A stretch of 64,000 nt of DNA from Squalus acanthias (GCA_030390025.1 JASTWF010000034.1:744001-808000); one strand, 5' to 3'. Positions 47,954-62,068 are shown, numbered from the stretch's first letter. Notes: generated from the sequence alone by a model not told the origin. Made by a program: numbers and translations.

Positions 47954-49295
47954 ATTCGCTCGACGCAGGTTTTTAGGTTTCGATGTCCCACAGGGCTGTG
48001 TGTTAGCGAAATAAATTTCAGCATCCAGGATGTTTTGAAAGCGATAGCATGGCCCTCAAATAGCCCAGAGACCCGGACACCGCAACACCCGTGTTGGGAG
48101 GTCCAAATGGCTGCACAATGTCACAAGGACGCTCAGTATTACACCACCCACAATGGGACAGACGCAGAATGAGACACAGAAAACCAGCAAGGGTATGTCA
48201 GGCCACACAAAGGGAAGGACAGAGAAAGACACTGAGGAAACTGGAGAGAGCGACACAAACAGACTGAATAAAATGAGGGACAGACAGAGACTGAGGGAAA
48301 GACCGAGACGGCGAGAGAAACAGAGAGGGAGATCGACAAATAGGGAAACGGAGAGTGAGATGAAGACAGAGACCTGCATGAAGGTGCTTTCTGCTGTGTA
48401 AAGGTATTCCCTGTTGTGTAAAGGCCAACAGCACCATCTGGTGGTGGAGAAGCGGCGCTGCTGGAATGCGTTGAGAGTTGGGGAAGGCCCAGGCTGCAAC
48501 AAGTTTGCAGCATTTGCAACTTATGTTGATGCGAACAAAGTGATTTTTAAGTTGTGTTGCAGCTTTTTGTGTTTATTGCAAGAAGGAAGTTGCTGGAAGT
48601 AAAGCCTAAAGTGTGATAAAAATACCTGCCGCATTGAGCCTGAAATTTACCACAATTATAAGTGGAGGGAACAATAGGGAATATTTGCCGTCCTAATCAC
48701 AAGTTCTTCAGAATAATGGCATGAACAACACATCTGACTCTCATCCTGAACACAGAGTCCAGCTCATCAAATCTTTATACAGAATGGATCTTCTCTTCCC
48801 GTTGTCTTAATGTAACTTTCAACGTCTGGATAGGTTAGATTGCAAAAACATATTCGTGTTATATAAATCGGATTGTAGCAGAGGAGCAGATGGGAGGTGC
48901 TGTTCAAACGGTAAGTTTGTAAGGGCGAACGGGGAAACGACGGCGAGATGGTGTTTGCGAGAGTGACAGCAATGGTGAGTGCGTTTGACAGATTGCAAGA
49001 AATGGAAGAAACAAATATGTGAAAGTGGTGTACATCTGAATACGTGAGACGCAGCAGGTGTGGAGACGAGTGAGTGAACGGTCGGAATCCAGTTGGTTGG
49101 GTGACAGTGTTTGCCGTGTTCGGTGCTGGGTTCAGGCCAATTATGGAACCGTGGAAATTCTGCAAATCGTGTCTGCCTGTCAATAACAACTGAAGGACAA
49201 AGGTGAAGAAGTGACATAATACTGAACAAAACAGGCACACCTGCACGATTTTCTGCTGCTGACGAAGCGACGAAATTTATGAATGCCGCAATATC

Positions 49296-49377
49296 TGGCA
49301 GCGGTGGGATTCGAACCCTCGCCCCCGCAGCGACTGGAGCCTAAATCCAGCGCCTTAGACCGCTCGGCCACGCTACC
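49296..49377 (-). tRNA. tRNA-Leu(TAG), unit 3, with T-stem mismatch and variable-arm change
   Basis: T-stem GAGGG/CCCAC. Confidence 0.8.
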
Positions 49378-49707
49378 ACATGACGCAGCCTGGCTTCTGA
49401 AACTAGAAACTGGTGATTGAAATGTGGCTTGGTCTTGTAAAAACAGAGGGGAAACAAAAGGAAATTGAATTCGTGAACGACAATCTCTTTTCTGATGCAA
49501 CCCACTAGATCAGAAGAAGCTGCGTGTTCACAGGGCAACACTAATAAATAAATGTTTGTTGGGCCACCGCCATTGTATATTTAATTCATAATTTATACCT
49601 GTTGTGTATTGCAAGCAGGACGTTGGTGCAAGTAAAGTGTGATAAAATAATGATGTGATTGTGGGTAGCAATACTGTTTTTATTGTTGTTGAAAATAACA
49701 ATGCAAA

Positions 49708-49779
49708 TAGCAGAGGATGGTTTCGATCCATCGACCTCTGGGTTATGGGCCCAGCACGCTTCCGCTGCGCCACTCTGCT
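49708..49779 (-). tRNA. Canonical initiator tRNA-iMet(CAT), unit 3
   Basis: AGCAGAGTGGCGCAGCGGAAGCGTGCTGGGCCCATAACCCAGAGGTCGATGGATCGAAACCATCCTCTGCTA; A1:U72, three G:C pairs in the anticodon stem, GATCG T-loop, T4 run downstream. Confidence 0.96.
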
Positions 49780-51132
49780 GTCGGTTAGCAATTCGCTCGA
49801 CGCAGGTTTTTAGGTTTCGATGTCCCACAGGGCTGTGTGTTAGCGAAATAAATTTCAGCATCCAGGATGTTTTGAAAGCGATAGCATGGCCCTCAAATAG
49901 CCCAGAGACCCGGACACCGCAACACCCGTGTTGGGAGGTCCAAATGGCTGCACAATGTCACAAGGACGCTCAGTATTACACCACCCACAATGGGACAGAC
50001 GCAGAATGAGACACAGAAAACCAGCAAGGGTATGTCAGGCCACACAAAGGGAAGGACAGAGAAAGACACTGAGGAAACTGGAGAGAGCGACACAAACAGA
50101 CTGAATAAAATGAGGGACAGACAGAGACTGAGGGAAAGACCGAGACGGCGAGAGAAACAGAGAGGGAGATCGACAAATAGGGAAACGGAGAGTGAGATGA
50201 AGACAGAGACCTGCATGAAGGTGCTTTCTGCTGTGTAAAGGTATTCCCTGTTGTGTAAAGGCCAACAGCACCATCTGGTGGTGGAGAAGCGGCGCTGCTG
50301 GAATGCGTTGAGAGTTGGGGAAGGCCCAGGCTGCAACAAGTTTGCAGCATTTGCAACTTATGTTGGTGCGAACAAAGTGATTTTTAAGTTGTGTTGCAGC
50401 TTTTTGTGTTTATTGCAAGAAGGAAGTTGCTGGAAGTAAAGCCTAAAGTGTGATAAAAATACCTGCCGCATTGAGCCTGAAATTTACCACAATTATAAGT
50501 GGAGGGAACAATAGGGAATATTTGCCGTCCTAATCACAAGTTCTTCAGAATAATGGCATGAAAAACACATCTGACTCTCATCCTGAACACAGAGTCCAGC
50601 TCACCAAATGTTTATACAGAATGGATCTTCTCTTCCCGTTGTCTTAATTTAACTTTCACTGTCTGGATAGGTTAGATTGAAAAAACATATTCGTGTTATA
50701 TAAATCGGATTGTAGCAGAGGAGCAGATGGGAGGTGCTGTTCAAACGGTAAGTTTGTAAGGGCGAACGGGGAAACGACGGCGAGATGGTGTTTGCGAGAG
50801 TGACAGCAATGGTGAGCGCGTTTGACAGATTGCAAGAAATGGAAGAAACAAATATGTGAAAGTGGTGTACATCTGAATACGTGAGACGCAGCAGGTGTGG
50901 AGACGAGTGAGTGAACGGTCGGAATCCAGTTGGTTGGGTGACAGTGTTTGCCGTGTTCGGTGCTGGGTTCAGGCCAATTATGGAACCGTGGAAATTCTGC
51001 AAATCGTGTCTGCCTGTCAATAACAACTGAAGGACAAAGGTGAAGAAGTGACATAATACTGAACAAAACAGGCACACCTGCACGATTTTCTGCTGCTGAC
51101 GAAGCGACGAAATTTATGAATGCCGCAATATC

Positions 51133-51214
51133 TGGCAGCGGTGGGATTCGAACCCTCGCCCCCGCAGCGACTGGAGCCTAAATCCAGCGCCTTAGACCGC
51201 TCGGCCACGCTACC
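51133..51214 (-). tRNA. tRNA-Leu(TAG), unit 4, with T-stem mismatch
   Basis: Same variants as unit 3. Confidence 0.8.
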
Positions 51215-51544
51215 ACATGAAGCAGCTTGGCTTCTGAAACTAGAAACTGTTGATTGAAATGTGGCTTGGTCTTGTAAAAACATTGGGGAAACAAAAGGAA
51301 ATTGAATTCGAAAACGACAATCTCTTTTCTGATGCAACCCACTAGATCAGAAGAAGCTGCGTGTTCACAGGGCAACACGAATAAATAGATGTTTGTTGGG
51401 CCACCGCCATTGTATATTTAATTCATAATTTATACCTGTTGTGTATTGCAAGCAGGACGTTGGTGCAAGTAATGTGTGATAAAATTATGATGTGATTGTG
51501 GGTAGCAACACTGTTTTTATTGTTGTTGAAAATAACAATGCAAA

Positions 51545-51616
51545 TAGCAGAGATTGGTTTCGATCCATCGACCTCTGGGTTATGGGCCCAGCACGCTTCC
51601 GCTGCGCCACTCAGCA
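51545..51616 (-). pseudogene. tRNA-iMet(CAT) defective variant, unit 4
   Basis: As unit 1. Confidence 0.8.
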
Positions 51617-52958
51617 ATTCGCTCGACGCAGGTTTTTAGGTTTCGATGTCCCACAGGGCGTTGTGTTAGCGAAATAAATTTCAGCATCCAGGATGTTTTG
51701 AAAGCGATAGCATGGCCCTCAAATAGCCCAGAGACCCGGACACCGCAACACCCGTGTTGGGAGGCCCAAATGGCTGCACAATGTCACAAGGACGCTCAGT
51801 ATTACACCACCCACAATGGGACAGACACAGAATGAGACACAGAAAACCAGCAAGGGTATGTCAGGCCACACAAAGGGAAGGACAGAGAAAGACACTGAGG
51901 AAACTAGAGAGAGCGACACAAACAGACTGAATAAAATGAGGGACAGACAGAGACTGAGGGAAATACCGAGACGGCGAGAGAAACAGAGAGGGAGATCGAC
52001 AAATAGGGAAACGGAGAGTGAGATGAAGACAGAGACCTGCATGAAGGTGCTTTCTGCTGTGTAAAGGTATTCCCTGTTGTGTAAAGGCCAACAGCACCAT
52101 CTGGTGGTGGAGAAGCGGCGCTGCTGGAATGCGTTGAGAGTTGGGGAAGGCCCAGGCTGCAACAAGTTTGCAGCATTTGCAACTTATGTTGATGCGAACA
52201 AAGTGATTTTTAAGTTGTGTTGCAGCTTTTTGTGTTTATTGCAAGAAGGAAGTTGCTGGAAGTAAAGCCTAAAGTGTGATAAAAATACCTGCCGCATTGA
52301 GCCTGAAATTTACCACAATTATAAGTGGAGGGAACAATAGGGAATATTTGCCGTCCTAATCACAAGTTCTTCAGAATAATGGCATGAACAACACATCTGA
52401 CTCTCATCCTGAACACAGAGTCCAGCTCACCAAATCTTTATACAGAATGGATCTTCTCTTCCCGTTGTCTTAATGTAACTTTCAACGTCTGGATAGGTTA
52501 GATTGCAAAAACATATTCGTGTTATATAAATCGGATTGTAGCAGAGGAGCAGATGGGAGGTGCTGTTCAAACGGTAAGTTTGTAAGGGCGAACGGGGAAA
52601 CGACGGCGAGATGGTGTTTGCGAGAGTGACAGCAATGGTGAGTGCGTTTGACAGATTGCAAGAAATGGAAGAAACAAATATGTGAAAGTGGTGTACATCT
52701 GAATACGTGAGACGCAGCAGGTGTGGAGACGAGTGAGTGAACGGTCGGAATCCAGTTGGTTGGGTGACAGTGTTTGCCGTGTTCGGTGCTGGGTTCAGGC
52801 CAATTATGGAACCGTGGAAATTCTGCAAATCGTGTCTGCCTGTCAATAACAGCTGAAGGACAAAGGTGAAGAAGTGACATAATACTGAACAAAACAGGCA
52901 CACCTGCACGATTTTCTGCTGCTGACGAAGCGACGAAATTTATGAATGCCGCAAAATC

Positions 52959-53040
52959 TGGCAGCGGTGGGATTCGAACCCACGCCCCCGCAGAGACTGG
53001 AGCCTAAATCCAGCGCCTTAGACCGCTCGGCCACGCTGCC
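52959..53040 (-). tRNA. tRNA-Leu(TAG), unit 5
   Basis: As unit 2. Confidence 0.93.
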
Positions 53041-53370
53041 ACATGAAGCAACTTGGCTTCTGAAACTAGAAACTGTTGATTGAAATGTGGCTTGGTCTTG
53101 TAAAAACATTGGGGAAACAAAAGGAAATTGAATTCGTGAACGACAATCTCTTTTCTGATGCAACCCACTAGATCAGAAGAAGCTGCGTGTTCACAGGGCA
53201 ACACGAATAAATAGATGTTTGTTGGGCCACCGCCATTGTATATTTAATTCATAATTTATACCTGTTGTGTATTGCAAGCAGGACGTTGGTGCAAGTAAAG
53301 TGTGATAAAATTATGATGTGATTGTGGGTAGCAACACTGTTTTTATTGTTGTTGAAAATAACAATGCAAA

Positions 53371-53442
53371 TAGCAGAGATTGGTTTCGATCCATCGACCT
53401 CTGGGTTATGGGCCCAGCACACTTCCGCTGCGCCACTCAGCA
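53371..53442 (-). pseudogene. tRNA-iMet(CAT) defective variant, unit 5
   Basis: As unit 2. Confidence 0.8.
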
Positions 53443-54784
53443 ATTCGCTCGACGCAGGTTTTTAGGTTTCGATGTCCCACAGGGCTGTGTGTTAGCGAAA
53501 TAAATTTCAGCATCCAGGATGTTTTGAAAGCGATAGCATGGCCCTCAAATAGCCCAGAGACCCGGACACCGCAACACCCGTGTTGGGAGGTCCAAATGGC
53601 TGCACAATGTCACAAGGACGCTCAGTATTACACCACCCACAATGGGACAGACACAGAATGAGACACAGAAAACCAGCAAGGGTATGTCAGGCCACACAAA
53701 GGGAAGGACAGAGAAAGACACTGAGGAAACTAGAGAGAGCGACACAAACAGACTGAATAAAATGAGGGACAGACAGAGACTGAGGGAAAGACCGAGACGG
53801 CGAGAGAAACAGAGAGGGAGATCGACAAATAGGGAAACGGAGAGTGAGATGAAGACAGAGACCTGCATGAAGGTGCTTTCTGCTGTGTAAAGGTATTCCC
53901 TGTTGTGTAAAGGCCAACAGCACCATCTGGTGGTGGAGAAGCGGCGCTGCTGGAATGCGTTGAGAGTTGGGGAAGGCCCAGGCTGCAACAAGTTTGCAGC
54001 ATTTGCAACTTATGTTGATGCGAACAAAGTGATTTTTAAGTTGTGTTGCAGCTTTTTGTGTTTATTGCAAGAAGGAAGTTGCTGGAAGTAAAGCCTAAAG
54101 TGTGATAAAAATACCTGCCGCATTGAGCCTGAAATTTACCACAATTATAAGTGGAGGGAACAATAGGGAATATTTGCCGTCCTAATCACAAGTTCTTCAG
54201 AATAATGGCATGAACAACACATCTGACTCTCATCCTGAACACAGAGTCCAGCTCATCAAATCTTTATACAGAATGGATCTTCTCTTCCCGTTGTCTTAAT
54301 GTAACTTTCAACGTCTGGATAGGTTAGATTGCAAAAACATATTCGTGTTATATAAATCGGATTGTAGCAGAGGAGCAGATGGGAGGTGCTGTTCAAACGG
54401 TAAGTTTGTAAGGGCGAACGGGGAAACGACGGCGAGATGGTGTTTGCGAGAGTGACAGCAATGGTGAGTGCGTTTGACAGATTGCAAGAAATGGAAGAAA
54501 CAAATATGTGAAAGTGGTGTACATCTGAATACGTGAGACGCAGCAGGTGTGGAGACGAGTGAGTGAACGGTCGGAATCCAGTTGGTTGGGTGACAGTGTT
54601 TGCCGTGTTCGGTGCTGGGTTCAGGCCAATTATGGAACCGTGGAAATTCTGCAAATCGTGTCTGCCTGTCAATAACAACTGAAGGACAAAGGTGAAGAAG
54701 TGACATAATACTGAACAAAACAGGCACACCTGCACGATTTTCTGCTGCTGACGAAGCGACGAAATTTATGAATGCCGCAATATC

Positions 54785-54866
54785 TGGCAGCGGTGGGATT
54801 CGAACCCTCGCCCCCGCAGAGACTGGAGCCTAAATCCAGCGCCTTAGACCGCTCGGCCACGCTACC
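54785..54866 (-). tRNA. tRNA-Leu(TAG), unit 6, with T-stem mismatch
   Basis: T-stem GAGGG/CCCAC. Confidence 0.82.
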
Positions 54867-55196
54867 ACATGACGCAGCCTGGCTTCTGAAACTAGAAACT
54901 GGTGATTGAAATGTGGCTTGGTCTTGTAAAAACAGAGGGGAAACAAAAGGAAATTGAATTCGTGAACGACAATCTCTTTTCTGATGCAACCCACTAGATC
55001 AGAAGAAGCTGCGTGTTCACAGGGCAACACTAATAAATAAATGTTTGTTGGGCCACCGCCATTGTATATTTAATTCATAATTTATACCTGTTGTGTATTG
55101 CAAGCAGGACGTTGGTGCAAGTAAAGTGTGATAAAATTATGATGTGATTGTGGGTAGCAATACTGTTTTTATTGTTGTTGAAAATAACAATGCAAA

Positions 55197-55268
55197 TAGC
55201 AGAGGATGGTTTCGATCCATCGACCTCTGGGTTATGGGCCCAGCACGCTTCCGCTGCGCCACTCTGCT
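55197..55268 (-). tRNA. Canonical initiator tRNA-iMet(CAT), unit 6
   Basis: Same sequence as the unit 3 copy. Confidence 0.96.
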
Positions 55269-56621
55269 GTCGGTTAGCAATTCGCTCGACGCAGGTTTTT
55301 AGGTTTCGATGTCCCACAGGGCTGTGTGTTAGCGAAATAAATTTCAGCATCCAGGATGTTTTGAAAGCGATAGCATGGCCCTCAAATAGCCCAGAGACCC
55401 GGACACCGCAACACCCGTGTTGGGAGGTCCAAATGGCTGCACAATGTCACAAGGACGCTCAGTATTACACCACCCACAATGGGACAGACACAGAATGAGA
55501 CACAGAAAACCAGCAAGGGTATGTCAGGCCACACAAAGGGAAGGACAGAGAAAGACACTGAGGAAACTAGAGAGAGCGACACAAACAGACTGAATAAAAT
55601 GAGGGACAGACAGAGACTGAGGGAAAGACCGAGACGGCGAGAGAAACAGAGAGGGAGATCGACAAATAGGGAAACGGAGAGTGAGATGAAGACAGAGACC
55701 TGCATGAAGGTGCTTTCTGCTGTGTAAAGGTATTCCCTGTTGTGTAAAGGCCAACAGCACCATCTGGTGGTGGAGAAGCGGCGCTGCTGGAATGCGTTGA
55801 GAGTTGGGGAAGGCCCAGGCTGCAACAAGTTTGCAGCATTTGCAACTTATGTTGGTGCGAACAAAGTGATTTTTAAGTTGTGTTGCAGCTTTTTGTGTTT
55901 ATTGCAAGAAGGAAGTTGCTGGAAGTAAAGCCTAAAGTGTGATAAAAATACCTGCCGCATTGAGCCTGAAATTTACCACAATTATAAGTGGAGGGAACAA
56001 TAGGGAATATTTGCCGTCCTAATCACAAGTTCTTCAGAATAATGGCATGAAAAACACATCTGACTCTCATCCTGAACACAGAGTCCAGCTCACCAAATGT
56101 TTATACAGAATGGATCTTCTCTTCCCGTTGTCTTAATTTAACTTTCACTGTCTGGATAGGTTAGATTGAAAAAACATATTCGTGTTATATAAATCGGATT
56201 GTAGCAGAGGAGCAGATGGGAGGTGCTGTTCAAACGGTAAGTTTGTAAGGGCGAACGGGGAAACGACGGCGAGATGGTGTTTGCGAGAGTGACAGCAATG
56301 GTGAGCGCGTTTGACAGATTGCAAGAAATGGAAGAAACAAATATGTGAAAGTGGTGTACATCTGAATACGTGAGACGCAGCAGGTGTGGAGACGAGTGAG
56401 TGAACGGTCGGAATCCAGTTGGTTGGGTGACAGTGTTTGCCGTGTTCGGTGCTGGGTTCAGGCCAATTATGGAACCGTGGAAATTCTGCAAATCGTGTCT
56501 GCCTGTCAATAACAACTGAAGGACAAAGGTGAAGAAGTGACATAATACTGAACAAAACAGGCCCACCTGCACGATTTTCTGCTGCTGACGAAGCGACGAA
56601 ATTTATGAATGCCGCAATATC

Positions 56622-56703
56622 TGGCAGCGGTGGGATTCGAACCCACGCCCCCGCAGAGACTGGAGCCTAAATCCAGCGCCTTAGACCGCTCGGCCACGCT
56701 ACC
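56622..56703 (-). tRNA. tRNA-Leu(TAG), unit 7 (31-bp deletion in the immediate 5' flank)
   Basis: Body intact. Confidence 0.92.
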
Positions 56704-57002
56704 ACTGTTGATTGAAATGTGGCTTGGTCTTGTAAAAACATTGGGGAAACAAAAGGAAATTGAATTCGAAAACGACAATCTCTTTTCTGATGCAACCCAC
56801 TAGATCAGAAGAAGCTGCGTGTTCACAGGGCAACACGAATAAATAGATGTTTGTTGGGCCACCGCCATTGTATATTTAATTCATAATTTATACCTGTTGT
56901 GTATTGCAAGCAGGACGTTGGTGCAAGTAAAGTGTGATAAAATTATGATGTGATTGTGGGTAGCAACACTGTTTTTATTGTTGTTGAAAATAACAATGCA
57001 AA

Positions 57003-57074
57003 TAGCAGAGATTGGTTTCGATCCATCGACCTCTGGGTTATGGGCCCAGCACGCTTCCGCTGCGCCACTCAGCA
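57003..57074 (-). pseudogene. tRNA-iMet(CAT) defective variant, unit 7
   Basis: As unit 1. Confidence 0.8.
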
Positions 57075-58416
57075 ATTCGCTCGACGCAGGTTTTTAGGTT
57101 TCGATGTCCCACAGGGCTGTGTGTTAGCGAAATAAATTTCAGCATCCAGGATGTTTTGAAAGCGATAGCATGGCCCTCAAATAGCCCAGAGACCCGGACA
57201 CCGCAACACCCGTGTTGGGAGGCCCAAATGGCTGCACAATGTCACAAGGACGCTCAGTATTACACCACCCACAATGGGACAGACACAGAATGAGACACAG
57301 AAAACCAGCAAGGGTATGTCAGGCCACACAAAGGGAAGGACAGAGAAAGACACTGAGGAAACTAGAGAGAGCGACACAAACAGACTGAATAAAATGAGGG
57401 ACAGACAGAGACTGAGGGAAATACCGAGACGGCGAGAGAAACAGAGAGGGAGATCGACAAATAGGGAAACGGAGAGTGAGATGAAGACAGAGACCTGCAT
57501 GAAGGTGCTTTCTGCTGTGTAAAGGTATTCCCTGTTGTGTAAAGGCCAACAGCACCATCTGGTGGTGGAGAAGCGGCGCTGCTGGAATGCGTTGAGAGTT
57601 GGGGAAGGCCCAGGCTGCAACAAGTTTGCAGCATTTGCAACTTATGTTGATGCGAACAAAGTGATTTTTAAGTTGTGTTGCAGCTTTTTGTGTTTATTGC
57701 AAGAAGGAAGTTGCTGGAAGTAAAGCCTAAAGTGTGATAAAAATACCTGCCGCATTGAGCCTGAAATTTACCACAATTATAAGTGGAGGGAACAATAGGG
57801 AATATTTGCCGTCCTAATCACAAGTTCTTCAGAATAATGGCATGAACAACACATCTGACTCTCATCCTGAACACAGAGTCCAGCTCACCAAATCTTTATA
57901 CAGAATGGATCTTCTCTTCCCGTTGTCTTAATGTAACTTTCAACGTCTGGATAGGTTAGATTGCAAAAACATATTCGTGTTATATAAATCGGATTGTAGC
58001 AGAGGAGCAGATGGGAGGTGCTGTTCAAACGGTAAGTTTGTAAGGGCGAACGGGGAAACGACGGCGAGATGGTGTTTGCGAGAGTGACAGCAATGGTGAG
58101 TGCGTTTGACAGATTGCAAGAAATGGAAGAAACAAATATGTGAAAGTGGTGTACATCTGAATACGTGAGACGCAGCAGGTGTGGAGACGAGTGAGTGAAC
58201 GGTCGGAATCCAGTTGGTTGGGTGACAGTGTTTGCCGTGTTCGGTGCTGGGTTCAGGCCAATTATGGAACCGTGGAAATTCTGCAAATCGTGTCTGCCTG
58301 TCAATAACAGCTGAAGGACAAAGGTGAAGAAGTGACATAATACTGAACAAAACAGGCACACCTGCACGATTTTCTGCTGCTGACGAAGCGACGAAATTTA
58401 TGAATGCCGCAAAATC

Positions 58417-58498
58417 TGGCAGCGGTGGGATTCGAACCCACGCCCCCGCAGAGACTGGAGCCTAAATCCAGCGCCTTAGACCGCTCGGCCACGCTACC
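58417..58498 (-). tRNA. tRNA-Leu(TAG), unit 8
   Basis: Intact cloverleaf. Confidence 0.93.
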
Positions 58499-58828
58499 AC
58501 ATGAAGCAGCTTGGCTTCTGAAACTAGAAACTGTTGATTGAAATGTGGCTTGGTCTTGTAAAAACATTGGGGAAACAAAAGGAAATTGAATTCGAAAACG
58601 ACAATCTCTTTTCTGATGCAACCCACTAGATCAGAAGAAGCTGCGTGTTCACAGGGCAACACGAATAAATAGATGTTTGTTGGGCCACCGCCATTGTATA
58701 TTTAATTCATAATTTATACCTGTTGTGTATTGCAAGCAGGACGTTGGTGCAAGTAAAGTGTGATAAAATTATGATGTGATTGTGGGTAGCAACACTGTTT
58801 TTATTGTTGTTGAAAATAACAATGCAAA

Positions 58829-58900
58829 TAGCAGAGGTTGGTTTCGATCCATCGACCTCTGGGTTATGGGCCCAGCACACTTCCGCTGCGCCACTCAGCA
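58829..58900 (-). pseudogene. tRNA-iMet(CAT) defective variant, unit 8
   Basis: 5' deletion, T-stem CCAAC, D-stem change. Confidence 0.8.
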
Positions 58901-60242
58901 ATTCGCTCGACGCAGGTTTTTAGGTTTCGATGTCCCACAGGGCTGTGTGTTAGCGAAATAAATTTCAGCATCCAGGATGTTTTGAAAGCGATAGCATGGC
59001 CCTCAAATAGCCCAGAGACCCGGACACCGCAACACCCGTGTTGGGAGGTCCAAATGGCTGCACAATGTCACAAGGACGCTCAGTATTACACCACCCACAA
59101 TGGGACAGACACAGAATGAGACACAGAAAACCAGCAAGGGTATGTCAGGCCACACAAAGGGAAGGACAGAGAAAGACACTGAGGAAACTAGAGAGAGAGA
59201 CGCAAACAGACTGAATAAAATGAGGGACAGACAGAGACTGAGGGAAAGACCGAGACGGCGAGAGAAACAGAGAGGGAGATCGACAAATAGGGAAACGGAG
59301 AGTGAGATGAAGACAGAGACCTGCATGAAGGTGCTTTCTCCTGTGTGAAGGTATTCCCTGTTGTGTAAAGGCCAACAGCACCATCTGGTGGTGGAGAAGC
59401 GGCGCTGCTGGAATGCGTTGAGAGTTGGGGAAGGCCCAGGCTGCAACAAGTTTGCAGCATTTGCAACTTATTTTGATGCGAACAAAGTGATTTTTAAGTT
59501 GTGTTGCAGCTTTTTGTGTTTATTGCAAGAAGGAAGTTGCTGGAAGTAAAGCCTAAAGTGTGATAAAAATACCTGCCGCATTGAGCCTGAAATTTACCAC
59601 AATTATAAGTGGAGGGAACAATAGGGAATATTTGCCGTCCTAATCACAAGTTCTTCAGAATAATGGCATGAACAACACATCTGACTCTCATCCTGAACAC
59701 AGAGTCCAGCTCACCAAATCTTTATACAGAATGGATCTTCTCTTCCCGTTGTCTTAATGTAACTTTCAACGTCTGGATAGGTTAGATTGCAAAAACATAT
59801 TCGTGTTATATAAATCGGATTGTAGCAGAGGAGCAGATGGGAGGTGCTGTTCAAACGGTAAGTTTGTAAGGGCGAACGGGGAAACGACGGCGAGATGGTG
59901 TTTGCGAGAGTGACAGCAATGGTGAGTGCGTTTGACAGATTGCAAGAAATGGAAGAAACAAATATGTGAAAGTGGTGTACATCTGAATACGTGAGACGCA
60001 GCAGGTGTGGAGACGAGTGAGTGAACGGTCGGAATCCAGTTGGTTGGGTGACAGTGTTTGCCGTGTTCGGTGCTGGGTTCAGGCCAATTATGGAACCGTG
60101 GAAATTCTGCAAATCGTGTCTGCCTGTCAATAACAACTGAAGGACAAACGTGAAGAAGTGACATAATACTAAACAAAACAGGCACACCTGCACGATTTTC
60201 TGCTGCTGACGAAGCGACGAAATTTATGAATGCCGCAATATC

Positions 60243-60324
60243 TGGCAGCGGTGGGATTCGAACCCACGCCCCCGCAGAGACTGGAGCCTAAATCCAGCGC
60301 CTTAGACCGCTCGGCCACGCTGCC
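60243..60324 (-). tRNA. tRNA-Leu(TAG), unit 9
   Basis: Intact; 5' GGCAGCG variant. Confidence 0.93.
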
Positions 60325-60654
60325 ACATGAAGCAGCTTGGCTTCTGAAACTAGAAACTGTTGATTGAAATGTGGCTTGGTCTTGTAAAAAAATTGGGGAA
60401 ACAAAAGGAAATTGAATTCGAAAACGACAATCTCTTTTCTGATGCAACCCACTAGATCAGAAGAAGCTGCGTGTTCACAGGGCAACACGAATAAATAGAT
60501 GTTTGTTGGGCCACCGCCATTGTATATTTAATTCATAATTTATACCTGTTGTGTATTGCAAGCAGGACGTTGGTGCAAGTAAAGTGTGATAAAATTATGA
60601 TGTGATTGTGGGTAGCAACACTGTTTTTATTGTTGTTGAAAATAACAATGCAAA

Positions 60655-60726
60655 TAGCAGAGGTTGGTTTCGATCCATCGACCTCTGGGTTATGGGCCCA
60701 GCACACTTCCGCTGCGCCACTCAGCA
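60655..60726 (-). pseudogene. tRNA-iMet(CAT) defective variant, unit 9
   Basis: As unit 8. Confidence 0.8.
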
Positions 60727-62068
60727 ATTCGCTCGACGCAGGTTTTTAGGTTTCGATGTCCCACAGGGCTGTGTGTTAGCGAAATAAATTTCAGCATCCA
60801 GGATGTTTTGAAAGCGATAGCATGGCCCTCAAATAGCCCAGAGACCCGGACACCGCAACACCCGTGTTGGGAGGTCCAAATGGCTGCACAATGTCACAAG
60901 GACGCTCAGTATTACACCACCCACAATGGGACAGACACAGAATGAGACACAGAAAACCAGCAAGGGTATGTCAGGCCACACAAAGGGAAGGACAGAGAAA
61001 GACACTGAGGAAACTAGAGAGAGCGACACAAACAGACTGAATAAAATGAGGGACAGACAGAGACTGAGGGAAAGACCGAGACGGCGAGAGAAACAGAGAG
61101 GGAGATCGACAAATAGGGAAACGGAGAGTGAGATGAAGACAGAGACCTGCATGAAGGTGCTTTCTGCTGTGTGAAGGTATTCCCTGTTGTGTAAAGGCCA
61201 ACAGCACCATCTGGTGGTGGAGAAGCGGCGCTGCTGGAATGCGTTGAGAGTTGGGGAAGGCCCAGGCTGCAACAAGTTTGCAGCATTTGCAACTTATTTT
61301 GATGCGAACAAAGTGATTTTTAAGTTGTGTTGCAGCTTTTTGTGTTTATTGCAAGAAGGAAGTTGCTGGAAGTAAAGCCTAAAGTGTGATAAAAATACCT
61401 GCCGCATTGAGCCTGAAATTTACCACAATTATAAGTGGAGGGAACAATAGGGAATATTTGCCGTCCTAATCACAAGTTCTTCAGAATAATGGCATGAACA
61501 ACACATCTGACTCTCATCCTGAACACAGAGTCCAGCTCACCAAATCTTTATACAGAATGGATCTTCTCTTCCCGTTGTCTTAATGTAACTTTCAACGTCT
61601 GGATAGGTTAGATTGCAAAAACATATTCGTGTTATATAAATCGGATTGTAGCAGAGGAGCAGATGGGAGGTGCTGTTCAAACGGTAAGTTTGTAAGGGCG
61701 AACGGGGAAACGACGGCGAGATGGTGTTTGCGAGAGTGACAGCAATGGTGAGTGCGTTTGACAGATTGCAAGAAATGGAAGAAACAAATATGTGAAAGTG
61801 GTGTACATCTGAATACGTGAGACGCAGCAGGTGTGGAGACGAGTGAGTGAACGGTCGGAATCCAGTTGGTTGGGTGACAGTGTTTGCCGTGTTCGGTGCT
61901 GGGTTCAGGCCAATTATGGAACCGTGGAAATTCTGCAAATCGTGTCTGCCTGTCAATAACAACTGAAGGACAAAGGTGAAGAAGTGACATAATACTGAAC
62001 AAAACAGGCACACCTGCACGATTTTCTGCTGCTGACGAAGCGACGAAATTTATGAATGCCGCAATATC

